From: Candidatus Thorarchaeota archaeon
GTDB taxonomy: Archaea; Asgardarchaeota; Lokiarchaeia; Sigyniarchaeales; SOKP01
Reading direction: 5' to 3'
DNA length: 59,349 bases
Assembly: GCA_048882645.1 (NCBI GenBank)
Contig: JBHLRJ010000004.1
Location: 1 to 59,349 of the forward strand
The notes under the pieces are model-generated. The model ran no database searches. It saw only the letters and a list, made by a program, of their open reading frames with translations, and had not been told where the DNA came from. Of the stretch, positions 31,715-41,871 are shown in pieces. A program made the position numbers and the translations under genes. The number at the start of each line of letters is the position of its first letter. The first letter of the stretch is position 1.

Positions 31715-33100
31715 TTATGGGTTTATAAACTGATCAGCTGATTCTTTTAATCTAATATATGATGGTTTCGACAAACGTATACCTCCTGCTAGTTTATGCC
31801 CCCCGCCAACACCACCCAATTCATTCTTAATTCTAGATATGATCTTGTTTACTCCATTACTTTCATGGGATTCAAGATAATTTCTTGTACATCGTATACT
31901 CAACTTTATGGTTCCTGATTTTTTTTCGGGTCCTCCTAAAAACAACACTTTTTCAGAATTAAACAACTCATTAACAGCACTAAAACTTGCTGTATCCGAC
32001 CAATTACTAGGAGGTATCTTTCCCTTAACTTCCATGAAAATAGCATGCTCTGTTTCATAGCTGGGATTTTCTTTAGAAACAGTATTCAGATTTTTTACTA
32101 GGTCCTCAAGGTATTCATTATACAAATCTTTAGCATAACGGGTAATCCTTTTTAATTGGATATTCGAAAGAGCTGCACTTATATTTTTAAAACACAAAAT
32201 ATTTAACAATAATGCATGTTCAAAAGCAAAGCTTAACATTCCTAATTTTTGTGGTAACAAAGCGTAATGTCCATGGCAATTAATATGAGCTTTTTCCTGA
32301 ATAAGATTAATTTGATTAGTATTAAGATCAGTTACTTTTATTTTAGGATCAACATTAAGAGAATTTAAAAAGGAGAGTATATGCTTCTCTGATTCACCAC
32401 TAAAACCACTGATAAAGGGTAAAATACTATATCTCAAGCCCATTTTAATAGATTCATGCATGCTTCCGAATAAAGTTAGACCTTCTTTATCTTGAATTAC
32501 TTCTTCATCTATTAATTCTTCATACACTTCTCGATTAAAAGATTGAAGTTTATTCATAGGCTTTAGGGAATCACCAGCAATTCCTATTATTGTGAGCCAT
32601 CCTTGTTTTATTATTGAGGGCTTGAGTTCTTTAGAGAACATGTAGGCTAAAGTCGCTCCAGAGATATGTTCAAGCCCATCATATCCATGAACAGTTGGAT
32701 TTACAAAATGAAAGTTTTCTGGTAGTTCGTCTAGGTTAATATCGTCTTCTATTTCATGATGATCAAGGATATAAAACTGTTCCTTTCGTCTTTTTATTAT
32801 TGGGCTTAATTCTGCTAAATTGGATCCCACATCAGTAAATACAAAAGCCGTTTTTTCAGTTTGTCTTTTTGATAAAATTCCGCTCAGATAATTATTCCAC
32901 GAGACAGATCTATTGTAAATGAAATAATCATAATCTATATTTAGTTTATATAATAAGTGTTGTATTATGTGTAGGCTGCTGATTCCATCAGCATCATTAT
33001 GAGAAATTGCTATTGCTCGTGAATAGTATTGATCATTAAAATGGTCTACAGCATTGTTAAAATCTTCAAAAAATTTAGCTTTATCTGGTTCCTTGGTCAT
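31715..33100 (-). CDS. DHH-family phosphoesterase (RecJ/GAN-like)
   Basis: HNDADG, TDVG, DHH, NP, SGA and GGGH..AGG motifs. Confidence 0.88.
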   Translation of the reverse strand: MTKEPDKAKFFEDFNNAVDHFNDQYYSRAIAISHNDADGISSLHIIQHLLYKLNIDYDYFIYNRSVSWNNYLSGILSKRQTEKTAFVFTDVGSNLAELSPIIKRRKEQFYILDHHEIEDDINLDELPENFHFVNPTVHGYDGLEHISGATLAYMFSKELKPSIIKQGWLTIIGIAGDSLKPMNKLQSFNREVYEELIDEEVIQDKEGLTLFGSMHESIKMGLRYSILPFISGFSGESEKHILSFLNSLNVDPKIKVTDLNTNQINLIQEKAHINCHGHYALLPQKLGMLSFAFEHALLLNILCFKNISAALSNIQLKRITRYAKDLYNEYLEDLVKNLNTVSKENPSYETEHAIFMEVKGKIPPSNWSDTASFSAVNELFNSEKVLFLGGPEKKSGTIKLSIRCTRNYLESHESNGVNKIISRIKNELGGVGGGHKLAGGIRLSKPSYIRLKESADQFINP

Positions 33101-33390
33101 CTAATTCAATCTATTGTAAGAATTGGAATAACTATTAAATATCAACTTGCTCTTAAATATAAACCTTAAATTCAATTAGAAATGCTTAATAATTCTCTTT
33201 TTGGTAATAGAGTTTTTCTATAATATTATTCTTAACTAATTCTGATAAATTCCAAATAGATTTTATAATTATAAACATTTTCATTAATTTAGTTTTTTGA
33301 AGAAATCAAGTAAAAATTAAAATCCAAGCAAAAATTTTTTAATTTAGTTTATATTTCTGTCTTTAACATTTTAAAAGCTAGAGTTTTCCT

Positions 33391-35124
33391 ATGTTTAACA
33401 AAGGTCGGAAAAATCCCATTGTCTTGAAATTTATCTTGCTAATAGCATTTTTTGGCTTTCTATTGTTAAATCCGATAATAATAGGAAATCTTAAAGTTAA
33501 CTCGAGTTTCAACAAAAAAGAGAGTACTTTTGATAAGGAGTTTTTAAATACAAACCAATATTCAAAAGAAAATTATAGTGAAATCCTAACCAGTGAGAGA
33601 TATGGATATGGAAACATAACTCTAGATAATCTTAGAATAAGAAGAAATCTACTAGGATTTACTCATAATAATAATACATACCCACTTCTTGAAGAAGATT
33701 ACTGGTATGATCCTCAACCAAACTTAAATATATCCAAAAAAAGCTTAAAATTCAAGGAAGTTAAAAATGTTGCTATAAGAGACAATTTAGATAAAACAAT
33801 TAAAAATACTAATAAGTTCAGAGTTATATTAAATGAGTCTCTGAAGGTTTGGTTTAATAATTCAATTCATGGATATTTAATTTATCATTCACGCTACACA
33901 CCTACTGTTTTAAAAGAATTTTGGATTGATAATGGCACTGCTATAACAAAATTAAAAGAAAAGAGAGACTATGAAATAGATCATGATGATTTTTTAGTTT
34001 TTAATTACCATGAATATTTCCCGAAGAAAGTTTATAATTCTGACTTTTACAATTTTACGATGTATCTTCTGTGGCAGTATAATTTAACCCTTACAGATTG
34101 GGAAATCGGTCAATATAGGGACAAATCATTAATTATGAAAGAGAATCAAGAAACTTTTAATGCCAGTTTTTATTATCGATTTAAGATTGAAGGTTCTAGA
34201 TTTGAAGGACCAACATATTTTTTATTCACAGAATTTATAGTAGATGTTGACTATATGGATGTAGCTTTAACAATCAATCTACCTGACAAAGAATCATTAA
34301 ACAATCTTGAGCTTGAATTAAACAATAAAACTGTAAACGTTAATAATTATCTTAATCCGGACAACTCTATTAATATTCGCATTTCGAATAGATTTACGAC
34401 AAACAGTAGTGAATTTCTCTTGAATTTCACTTGCTCTTACGATCTTAAATTTAAAGAGGCAGTTGGAAAATCATGGGCTGTTGATAGACTTATAGTAAAG
34501 AACTATATTAGGGAATTAATTTATTTTCCTTCCTTAGTATCAGGTCCGCAACATATATATTTAAAAGGAGTGACATTCTACGAACCTGCTGCTAACTTTG
34601 ATCAAGTAATAAGCAATAAATCATTATTCAAAAGACAAGTTACTTACATCGATGCAAATGAGACAGTTATGGGAAAGAAAGGGATATATATATTTATACC
34701 ATATCTAATTGCTGGTGAAACTTGTCCCTTTTCGATTAAATATAAAGCAAACCAACTTTTAAAACTGATGATCACTGATAATATTAAAATGCCCTTAGTT
34801 GGAGCAAGAATAGAACTTTATTATTATGGATTAATGTATGGTACATATGTATCAAATAAACAAATATATCCTATTTCTCCGGGAAATACCAATGAAAATG
34901 GTAATTTAATAATTAAAAATGTTCCTCGTGGGAATTATTCAGTACGGATTTTCTATAAAGGTAATTTTATTCAAGATACAGTTGTTTCAACGGATAATGA
35001 TATGAATTATGTATATACGACTGTTCCCCATTTCCCGCTTTGGATCTTGATTTTTGGAAGTATAAATGGAATTATTATAGTTATAGGTGCTCTATTTTAT
35101 ATAAAAAATAAAAAATTTCGTTAA
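33391..35124 (+). CDS. Secreted, C-terminally anchored surface protein
   Basis: Signal-like N-terminus, beta-rich body with NxS/T sequons, and a C-terminal TM helix. Confidence 0.7.
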   Translation: MFNKGRKNPIVLKFILLIAFFGFLLLNPIIIGNLKVNSSFNKKESTFDKEFLNTNQYSKENYSEILTSERYGYGNITLDNLRIRRNLLGFTHNNNTYPLLEEDYWYDPQPNLNISKKSLKFKEVKNVAIRDNLDKTIKNTNKFRVILNESLKVWFNNSIHGYLIYHSRYTPTVLKEFWIDNGTAITKLKEKRDYEIDHDDFLVFNYHEYFPKKVYNSDFYNFTMYLLWQYNLTLTDWEIGQYRDKSLIMKENQETFNASFYYRFKIEGSRFEGPTYFLFTEFIVDVDYMDVALTINLPDKESLNNLELELNNKTVNVNNYLNPDNSINIRISNRFTTNSSEFLLNFTCSYDLKFKEAVGKSWAVDRLIVKNYIRELIYFPSLVSGPQHIYLKGVTFYEPAANFDQVISNKSLFKRQVTYIDANETVMGKKGIYIFIPYLIAGETCPFSIKYKANQLLKLMITDNIKMPLVGARIELYYYGLMYGTYVSNKQIYPISPGNTNENGNLIIKNVPRGNYSVRIFYKGNFIQDTVVSTDNDMNYVYTTVPHFPLWILIFGSINGIIIVIGALFYIKNKKFR

Positions 35125-35134
35125 GTAAATTAAC

Positions 35135-35461
35135 TTGATTGTTATTTTCTGTGATAAAATCGAAGATTTTGTCAAATTTTTGGAAAAACGTATTATGCAT
35201 GAGATTTTTTACGAATTTAAAGAAATAACTAGTAATACCTTAATTAGTACAATTAATATAGAAATTATTCTCCATTTCTTAGCAAAAATTGATAGTTCTC
35301 TGATTTTATATGAAACAAAACAAGTTTTATCGAAATCAAGGAATTTAAATATGGATGAGGAGGTAGTAAATACTTTAGAAAAGATTTTTAAAGAAGTGGA
35401 TCCTTCATTATCTCTAGTTAAGGGAAAAATACGAGAAATCATAATGAGTTTCTCCTTATAA
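35135..35461 (+). CDS. Hypothetical protein
   Basis: 108-aa ORF starting 10 nt after the previous gene. Confidence 0.6.
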   Translation: MIVIFCDKIEDFVKFLEKRIMHEIFYEFKEITSNTLISTINIEIILHFLAKIDSSLILYETKQVLSKSRNLNMDEEVVNTLEKIFKEVDPSLSLVKGKIREIIMSFSL

Positions 35462-35492
35462 AATGCGTTGCTTATGTTACATTCTACTTAAT

Positions 35493-37067
35493 TTAAGTGT
35501 GATTAACCTCTTCCCCATATCCTATTAAACGATAACGTCTATTGATGATTCGAGAAATTGCATATATAAAATTTTCTGGAGGACATATTGGTGGAGTAAG
35601 TTTTATTACTGTGCTATTTTTAAGTATCTTGGTTACAGTTCCTCCTGTCTTTTCTGTTCCAACCACTAATAACAACTTTTCCCCATGTTTTAAAGGCTGA
35701 ACTTTCATCTGAACTTCTGCGCCGATAACTCTGTCTAAAAGGTTAACTTTCAACTCAATTTCATTTAAAATCTCTGGGAGTGTTCCTGGACCTCCTACTA
35801 AGTGGCCAATTAGATGATCACCTTTAGTTAAGGCCGGATCCAATTTTGTACCTAATCCAATTAATCCTCCTGGTTTGGCAACTTGTAAGAGATTGTTTCC
35901 TTGACTAATACTAATAACTGTTGATCTAATTGGTATGTATTCATCTTTAATACGAATACCTGGTTTGATCTCAATTTGATCTCCAATATTAATCTTTCCT
36001 TTTAATACAGATCCTCCGATTACCCCACCTTTTAAATCTGTAATCTCTCTTCCTGGTAAGTTGATATCAAACGATCGAGCAATTAAAAATTGAAAGAATT
36101 CTTCTTCATTAAACTCAGGAGAGGGGATTACTTCTTCAAATGCCCTTACAACAGTAGGCATGTTCGCTCCAAAAACGGCAGATACAGGTATGATTGGAGC
36201 GTTCTCAGCAACAGTACCTTTCACAAAATCTATAATCTGTTGATGATTCTCCATAGCTTGCTCTTTGGATACAGCATCAATCTTGTTCTGCAAAATAATT
36301 ATGTTCTTTATACCAGCTATGTTTAGTGCTGCTAAATGTTCACGAGTTTGAGGTTGGGGGCATGGCTCATCAGCAGCAATTAAAAGACATGCACCATCCA
36401 TTAATGAAGCACCACTTAACATAGTCGCCATTAAAATCTCATGACCTGGTGCATCCACAAATGAGATGTTCCTCTTAAACTCCAAGTTTGCTTTACAATT
36501 CGAGCATGTAAATCGAGATTGTCCTTTTGTCCTCCTTTGTTCTGCTAGATAAGCTGTAAGATACTCATCACAAGTGGGGCAATAAAGAATTGTCGCATTT
36601 GAATACCCTAATTTGATGGAGATCCCCCTTTCTTGCTCTTCAGAATGCCGGTCTGTCCAATCTCCTGTTAAAGATTTAACTAAGGTGGTTTTACCATGGT
36701 CTACATGCCCAACTAATCCTATATTGCATTCTGCTTGTTGCTTAATAAGCTCTTTTATCTTTAAACCCTTACCTTCTGAATCTGGTTTTTTTTTTGTTTG
36801 AGTTTTAGATTTTGGTTCTTTTGTTTCGATTTTTTCTTCCTGAACTGTCTTGGAAGGTTGTTCCTTAGTAGAAATTTCTTTCAGAATTTCTTTCGCATTA
36901 GTAATGATCTTCTCTGCAGTTGCCTTTCCGATCCCTTTTATTTTCAATTTTACTAAATCACTGGAAGCTAACTTTGCCAGTTTTTCAATTGAATCTATCC
37001 CTGCAGCTCTCATTTTCTGAGCGGTGGTTTTCCCTATTCCCGAAATATCCTCTAATTCATAAGACAT
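35493..37067 (-). CDS. eif2g: Translation initiation factor aIF2 gamma with an N-terminal helix-hairpin-helix extension
   Basis: GHVDHGKT, RGISIKLGY, DAPGHE, PQPQTREH and NKID motifs; N-terminal ISGIGKTTA and IKGIGKATA. Confidence 0.95.
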   Translation of the reverse strand: MSYELEDISGIGKTTAQKMRAAGIDSIEKLAKLASSDLVKLKIKGIGKATAEKIITNAKEILKEISTKEQPSKTVQEEKIETKEPKSKTQTKKKPDSEGKGLKIKELIKQQAECNIGLVGHVDHGKTTLVKSLTGDWTDRHSEEQERGISIKLGYSNATILYCPTCDEYLTAYLAEQRRTKGQSRFTCSNCKANLEFKRNISFVDAPGHEILMATMLSGASLMDGACLLIAADEPCPQPQTREHLAALNIAGIKNIIILQNKIDAVSKEQAMENHQQIIDFVKGTVAENAPIIPVSAVFGANMPTVVRAFEEVIPSPEFNEEEFFQFLIARSFDINLPGREITDLKGGVIGGSVLKGKINIGDQIEIKPGIRIKDEYIPIRSTVISISQGNNLLQVAKPGGLIGLGTKLDPALTKGDHLIGHLVGGPGTLPEILNEIELKVNLLDRVIGAEVQMKVQPLKHGEKLLLVVGTEKTGGTVTKILKNSTVIKLTPPICPPENFIYAISRIINRRYRLIGYGEEVNHT

Positions 37068-37192
37068 ATTATCATAAAATTTAGTTATTGTATCTGCTGT
37101 ATAATTATATCTCTATAAAAGAGTAAGAAAATATTTTTTATTAAATTAATCAATAAACCAATTTGTTTTAAAAAATTCTAAGAAAAAATCTT

Positions 37193-37411
37193 TTATTTTG
37201 TTAAAATGGTAGTAATCCCACCAGGTTTTTTCTCAAGTTCTTTATATGACACTCTCAAAAGACTGTCTACAAAGAAGGTGGACACTTTTTTACATGATTT
37301 GCACTTAATGTAAACTGGAGCAGGATATTGGCCAGTATCTATATCCTTCATTTCAATTTCAAACACAATCTTCTTCTCGCAATGTGGACAAGTATTAAAT
37401 CGGAGAGGCAT
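37193..37411 (-). CDS. Small zinc-binding protein
   Basis: CPHC and CKSC pairs. Confidence 0.65.
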   Translation of the reverse strand: MPLRFNTCPHCEKKIVFEIEMKDIDTGQYPAPVYIKCKSCKKVSTFFVDSLLRVSYKELEKKPGGITTILTK

Positions 37412-37580
37412 ATTTAATTAATTCTGTTGGATGTATAGAATTCTCGTAGATTTGAGTGTAATTTCAATACGAGGATTTAGGTTTATAAGTATATTCTAAC
37501 AATTTATTTTTATAATAAATAGATTCTTATTTTTATATTATTACTTTTAAAATTAATAATAATTTAGAATTTGATATCAG

Positions 37581-39683
37581 ATGGCAAAGAATCACTTCAG
37601 AATATTAGTTTGCCTTTTCTTTGTTCAAATAATGATTCTGCCAATAATTGGGACTTTCTTAATTTCTCCTGTTTCGTATTTAAACCAAGATTCTTCAAAA
37701 GTGGAAATATCTTCTACTGTATTTTCTAAAGTGGATTTATCAGTTTTGCCTGAGATTGATTACAACACTTTAAATGAACAGTGGTATAATCCAAAAGTTG
37801 AAATGTTAATTATTAGCCCAGATAATCCAGAGTTCATTGATTCTCTTACTCCTTTGATGGATTGGAAGAATGAAAAAGGAGTTAAAACGATTATTTTAAG
37901 TAATTTTTCTTCATATCCGGGGAGGGATAATGAGGAAAAGATAAGAAATATGATAAAATCTTATTATAAGAAAGATAGAATACGTTGGGTTCTCTTAGCT
38001 GGAGATGCAGAAGACAGTTTAATCCCAATTAGGAAAGTGTATAATCCCGATGCTTTAAGATGGGGTGAGGGAAGAACTGAAACTGTGGGAGGAGAATATT
38101 ATAAACCCACAGATTTCTATTATGTAGATCTTAATGGAAGTTGGAATAGTGATGAGGATGGCAATTGGGGAGAGTCTTCTCAAGATAATTCATATGGATT
38201 AGATGAAATTTCATGGGATCCAGAAGTATATGTAGGGAGATTCCCCGCGAATAATGCAGATGAACTTGAAATAATGGTAAATAAAACGTTAAAATATGAA
38301 AAGGATCCTAACATTGGCGAGTGGATGAATAATATGCTTCTTGCAGGTGGTGTGTCCAGTTATGTTCCCCAAGAATTTGAAAGTAGGTTAACAAATTATA
38401 TAATTCATAACTATGCTAAAACTGAGGTTAATTACACCCATTTAGCTGATGAAACAGGAAATTTGTCTAGAGCAATATTGAAAAGTTATTTTAATAATGG
38501 ATTTTCTACGGTTTTAATGGCAGGTCATGGAAGTCCGACAAATTATTATAGAAATCCTAGTGCTCCAGGATATACATCTGGAGATGCTGGTTCAACTACG
38601 AATTTAGACATGCCTTCATTAGTTTATCTTGATGCCTGTTCAACTTCAAGTTATGATATTAATGACAACAGCATCGGTGAAACACTAATAAAGAGACTTG
38701 ATGCAGGAGCGATTGGAGCGATAGGTGGTTTAAGAGTTACTTGGTATTATGAAGATGATAAGAATTTAGAAAAGTTAAATCGTGGAAATGCAAAATTATT
38801 TTGGAAAGAATTCTTTCAAGAAAAGAAATTCCAACAGGGAAGAGCATTATATGATTCCAAAGTTTCGTATATGAATAGTGATTATTTTAAACATGGTTTC
38901 AAAAATTTCGATTTTGAACGTAAAAATCTTCTAACATATTGTCTTTTGGGAGACCCAGAAGTCGATGTTTATACAAATAAGCCAAAATTGGCAATGAATT
39001 CTTTTAAGGAAAATTATTATGAAGGACAACTTGTTTCAATTGTTATTAAAGATATAAATAATAAAATTGTACCTTATGGAAGGGTACATCTTACAAGCCT
39101 TGATGGAAAATACCATACAGTTTATGCAGATATTAATGGTGTTGCTAAATTTCGGCTTCCCGCACAAAGTAATGAAACTTATAACATTACTATAACAGGG
39201 CATAACTTAATTCCTTCCTACTTTAATTTTACAACGCTTCCAGATGAAACAAAACCTATAATCCAAAATACTCAATGTCTTCCGGGGAGACCTTCAACTT
39301 CAGATATTATATCATTTTCATTTAATTCTATTGATAATTATTCAGGAACAGAAGGCGTGTTTCTCTTTATATCTAAAAACAGCTTTGATGATTATTCGTT
39401 TTACAGCATAAATAATAAGTTTCTTGAGAATAAAAACTCATTTACAATAGATACTGAAAGATTCAGTCCAGGGAAATATGCTTTTTTCATGGTTGCTAGA
39501 GATTATGCTAATAATACTGATCTCTATTATCATAATTCCTTCAAGTTTACAATACCAGATCCAATAATAGATTATGTACTACCTATTTCCTTAGTTGTTA
39601 TTATTGGTATCTCTGGAGTGTCTCTATTTATTATCTGTAGAAATATAAGAAAAGAATCTCGAGTAAAGGACGACTTAATATAG
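37581..39683 (+). CDS. Membrane-anchored C25 (gingipain-like) cysteine peptidase
   Basis: WKNEKG, LLAGD, TDFYY, VGRFP, catalytic GHG and DAC, and LLGDP motifs; signal peptide and C-terminal TM helix. Confidence 0.9.
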   Translation: MAKNHFRILVCLFFVQIMILPIIGTFLISPVSYLNQDSSKVEISSTVFSKVDLSVLPEIDYNTLNEQWYNPKVEMLIISPDNPEFIDSLTPLMDWKNEKGVKTIILSNFSSYPGRDNEEKIRNMIKSYYKKDRIRWVLLAGDAEDSLIPIRKVYNPDALRWGEGRTETVGGEYYKPTDFYYVDLNGSWNSDEDGNWGESSQDNSYGLDEISWDPEVYVGRFPANNADELEIMVNKTLKYEKDPNIGEWMNNMLLAGGVSSYVPQEFESRLTNYIIHNYAKTEVNYTHLADETGNLSRAILKSYFNNGFSTVLMAGHGSPTNYYRNPSAPGYTSGDAGSTTNLDMPSLVYLDACSTSSYDINDNSIGETLIKRLDAGAIGAIGGLRVTWYYEDDKNLEKLNRGNAKLFWKEFFQEKKFQQGRALYDSKVSYMNSDYFKHGFKNFDFERKNLLTYCLLGDPEVDVYTNKPKLAMNSFKENYYEGQLVSIVIKDINNKIVPYGRVHLTSLDGKYHTVYADINGVAKFRLPAQSNETYNITITGHNLIPSYFNFTTLPDETKPIIQNTQCLPGRPSTSDIISFSFNSIDNYSGTEGVFLFISKNSFDDYSFYSINNKFLENKNSFTIDTERFSPGKYAFFMVARDYANNTDLYYHNSFKFTIPDPIIDYVLPISLVVIIGISGVSLFIICRNIRKESRVKDDLI

Positions 39684-39862
39684 TAGTAGATATCTGCTCT
39701 AAAGCCATTCCAATCCAAAAATTACTTTAAAAAGATTTATCTCATGCACCTCTTGCCTTAATGCTTTTAAAGTTATTCTTTCTTATGATAAAGTTTAATT
39801 ACTAGTCTTTATTATTTCTATTTACTCATTACCTAATAAGTAAGTATTTACAGAGGAAATAA

Positions 39863-39876
39863 CCGAACTTATTAAA
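39863..39876 (+). promoter_or_regulatory. Putative BRE/TATA promoter of the 5S precursor
   Basis: CCGAACTTATTAAA lies about 20-30 nt before the processing stem that starts at 39895. Confidence 0.45.
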
Positions 39877-39894
39877 TGGTAAACTGGTGGTTTC

Positions 39895-40105
39895 ATAACC
39901 ACATAAATGAATAGCAAATTGCTTAGCGTCGGAAGTTAAACATCTTGCTAGTTTATGGCATTGGACCAAACTGTTTTGCGTAGTTAGATAGTACTGCAGT
40001 TCTTATCTGTGGGAAACTAATAACTGTGAGTTCGCTCACGGTCATGGCAATTTAGGAAAATACCCGGTCCCATCCGAACCCGGAATCGCTTATTTATGTG
40101 GTTAT
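39895..40105 (+). other. Pre-5S processing stem with a bulge-helix-bulge-like motif
   Basis: 39895-39910 pairs with 40090-40105. Outer helix AGCG/CGCT, central helix TCGG/CCGG, bulges AAG and AAT. Confidence 0.8.
39935..40085 (+). rRNA. rrf: 5S rRNA, circularly permuted gene (3' half 39935-40030, UUCG linker 40031-40034, 5' half 40035-40085)
   Basis: Loop C signature ACCCGGTCCCATCCGAACCCGGAA (40062-40085) lies downstream of GTTAAAC and of loop E (AGTACT...GGGAAA). Helix I (ACTGTGAG/CTCACGGT) is closed by TTCG. Confidence 0.88.
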
Positions 40106-40130
40106 ACACTAAATCTTACCTTCGTGTAGA

Positions 40131-40141
40131 GTTTTTTTCTT
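40131..40141 (+). terminator. Oligo-T archaeal terminator
   Basis: T7 run just after the 5S precursor. Confidence 0.5.
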
Positions 40142-40209
40142 ATGGAATAATTTATTTATGTGATCGATAATAAAATATAATATATTTATCAGAAGAAGAC
40201 TAGAAAACT

Positions 40210-40758
40210 ATGCCAAAAAAGTATGTTGTTCTATTTAAAACCATTGGAAGAAAATGGTTTTTATTTCTTGTATTAATTATCATTATTGTTGCTTTCTTTC
40301 ATGTAGTAGCTGCAATTTGGATGGCAGGGATAACCGCTGTGCTGATTTTATTATCGTATGTTCCTAATCTTTTCTTTAAAAATAGATTGCACAGATTCAT
40401 GAAGAAGTATTACTTGATTGAGGATGAATTAATTGCCCGAAAGTTTAATAAACCTTTAAAAAAAATTAGAGATAAAATGTTTGAGTTATCACAAGGCCAG
40501 GAAAAGAAAAAATGGCTAATTGTTTTTTTAAATAAGCAGTATATATTTGTTCATGAAGACACTATTCAAGCATTTAAGGAAGTTTACAATAAAGGATATT
40601 CAGAGAAAGAGATTCTCGATAACTTAAAAGACTATAAAATTACAACTCGTGCAGAAATTAAGATAATTAAAGATACTTTAATAAAGCTTAATAGACTAAG
40701 TGAAAGAGAAATTTCTGTTAAGGAACATAAAGAAAAACAGAGATTCTCAAATCTATAA
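40210..40758 (+). CDS. Hypothetical protein with two N-terminal TM helices
   Basis: Hydrophobic N-terminus followed by a basic soluble domain. Confidence 0.7.
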   Translation: MPKKYVVLFKTIGRKWFLFLVLIIIIVAFFHVVAAIWMAGITAVLILLSYVPNLFFKNRLHRFMKKYYLIEDELIARKFNKPLKKIRDKMFELSQGQEKKKWLIVFLNKQYIFVHEDTIQAFKEVYNKGYSEKEILDNLKDYKITTRAEIKIIKDTLIKLNRLSEREISVKEHKEKQRFSNL

Positions 40759-40805
40759 TTATATTATTAATTTTTATTGCCTTGGAATAAAAGAAAAAAA
40801 GAGAT

Positions 40806-41099
40806 TTACTCTATATCTCCAAATTTCAAATCAAAGCTATAGTATTTCCTAATAGGTCTTTTAACATTCCAAATGCATTCTAATCCTTTTTCAAATTGAA
40901 CAAGGTCACCTTTTTTGAAATCCATTTTTTCTCCTGTTTCAGAGTCAGTTACCTCAAATTCACCCTCAAGTATATAGCACGTTTCTGTGTCTCCATAAGA
41001 CCAATCGAATTCACTCACATCCTTAGTCCAAGTACCCCATGACTCTACGTTGAGTTTTTTTAAGTCTGTTTCCGTAGGGATTTTCTTTTTCATTTTCAT
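40806..41099 (-). CDS. Cupin DUF861/EutQ-like protein
   Basis: W.TW....FDWSY...ETCYILEG and GDLV.F.KG..C.W pattern. Start moved to MKMKKK. Confidence 0.85.
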   Translation of the reverse strand: MKMKKKIPTETDLKKLNVESWGTWTKDVSEFDWSYGDTETCYILEGEFEVTDSETGEKMDFKKGDLVQFEKGLECIWNVKRPIRKYYSFDLKFGDIE

Positions 41100-41349
41100 A
41101 TATAATACTATTACTCCTAGATTAATAAAATTTATTTTGATAAAGATTATTAATGATATATATTTAAAAAACAGATTAAAAATCATTTTTTAAAAAATTT
41201 GTTATAGATTAATTTAGATCCCAACTTATCATTTGAAAAAAGAATATTAATTCGTAGCTAGATTATATTTATAAAATTAAAAAAATTGATTTTAATTTAA
41301 AATTAATATTAAGGATTAATTGCCCTAGAAGAGAGAAGAGAGAAAAGAA

Positions 41350-41871
41350 ATGCCACAAAAATTCATACTTAAGATCTTAACAGCAGGAGAGGGGGGTGTG
41401 GGAAAAACAACGCTTCTCCATAGATACGTGGAAGGAAAATTCTCAGCAGAAACAAAGATGACAATAGGCGTTGAATTCTTTTTAAAAGAGACGGAAATTG
41501 ACTCAAAGCACTGCACATTGCAGCTTTGGGATTTTGGAGGTCAAGAACGATTTCGCTTTCTTCTTGAAAGTTATGTTTTAGGAGCAAAAGGAGCATTACT
41601 CATGTTTGATCTCACACGAATAAGTAGCCTTGAAAATTTGGGACAATGGATTAACATAGTCCGAAAAGGTGATCCAAATCTCCCCGTTCTATTTTTAGGC
41701 ACGAAACTAGACTTAGAAGATGAAATTATGGTCGATGATGACTATGCAAAATCATTTTTAAATGAGTTTAATTTGATTGACTTTCTTAAAATCTCTTCAA
41801 AAACGGGCGAAAATGTTAGTCGAGCTTTTGATATATTAACGAGACAAATATTAGAGCGACAGACATTTTGA
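41350..41871 (+). CDS. Rab-like small GTPase
   Basis: GEGGVGKT, TIG, WDFGGQERF, TKLD and SSK motifs. Confidence 0.93.
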   Translation: MPQKFILKILTAGEGGVGKTTLLHRYVEGKFSAETKMTIGVEFFLKETEIDSKHCTLQLWDFGGQERFRFLLESYVLGAKGALLMFDLTRISSLENLGQWINIVRKGDPNLPVLFLGTKLDLEDEIMVDDDYAKSFLNEFNLIDFLKISSKTGENVSRAFDILTRQILERQTF

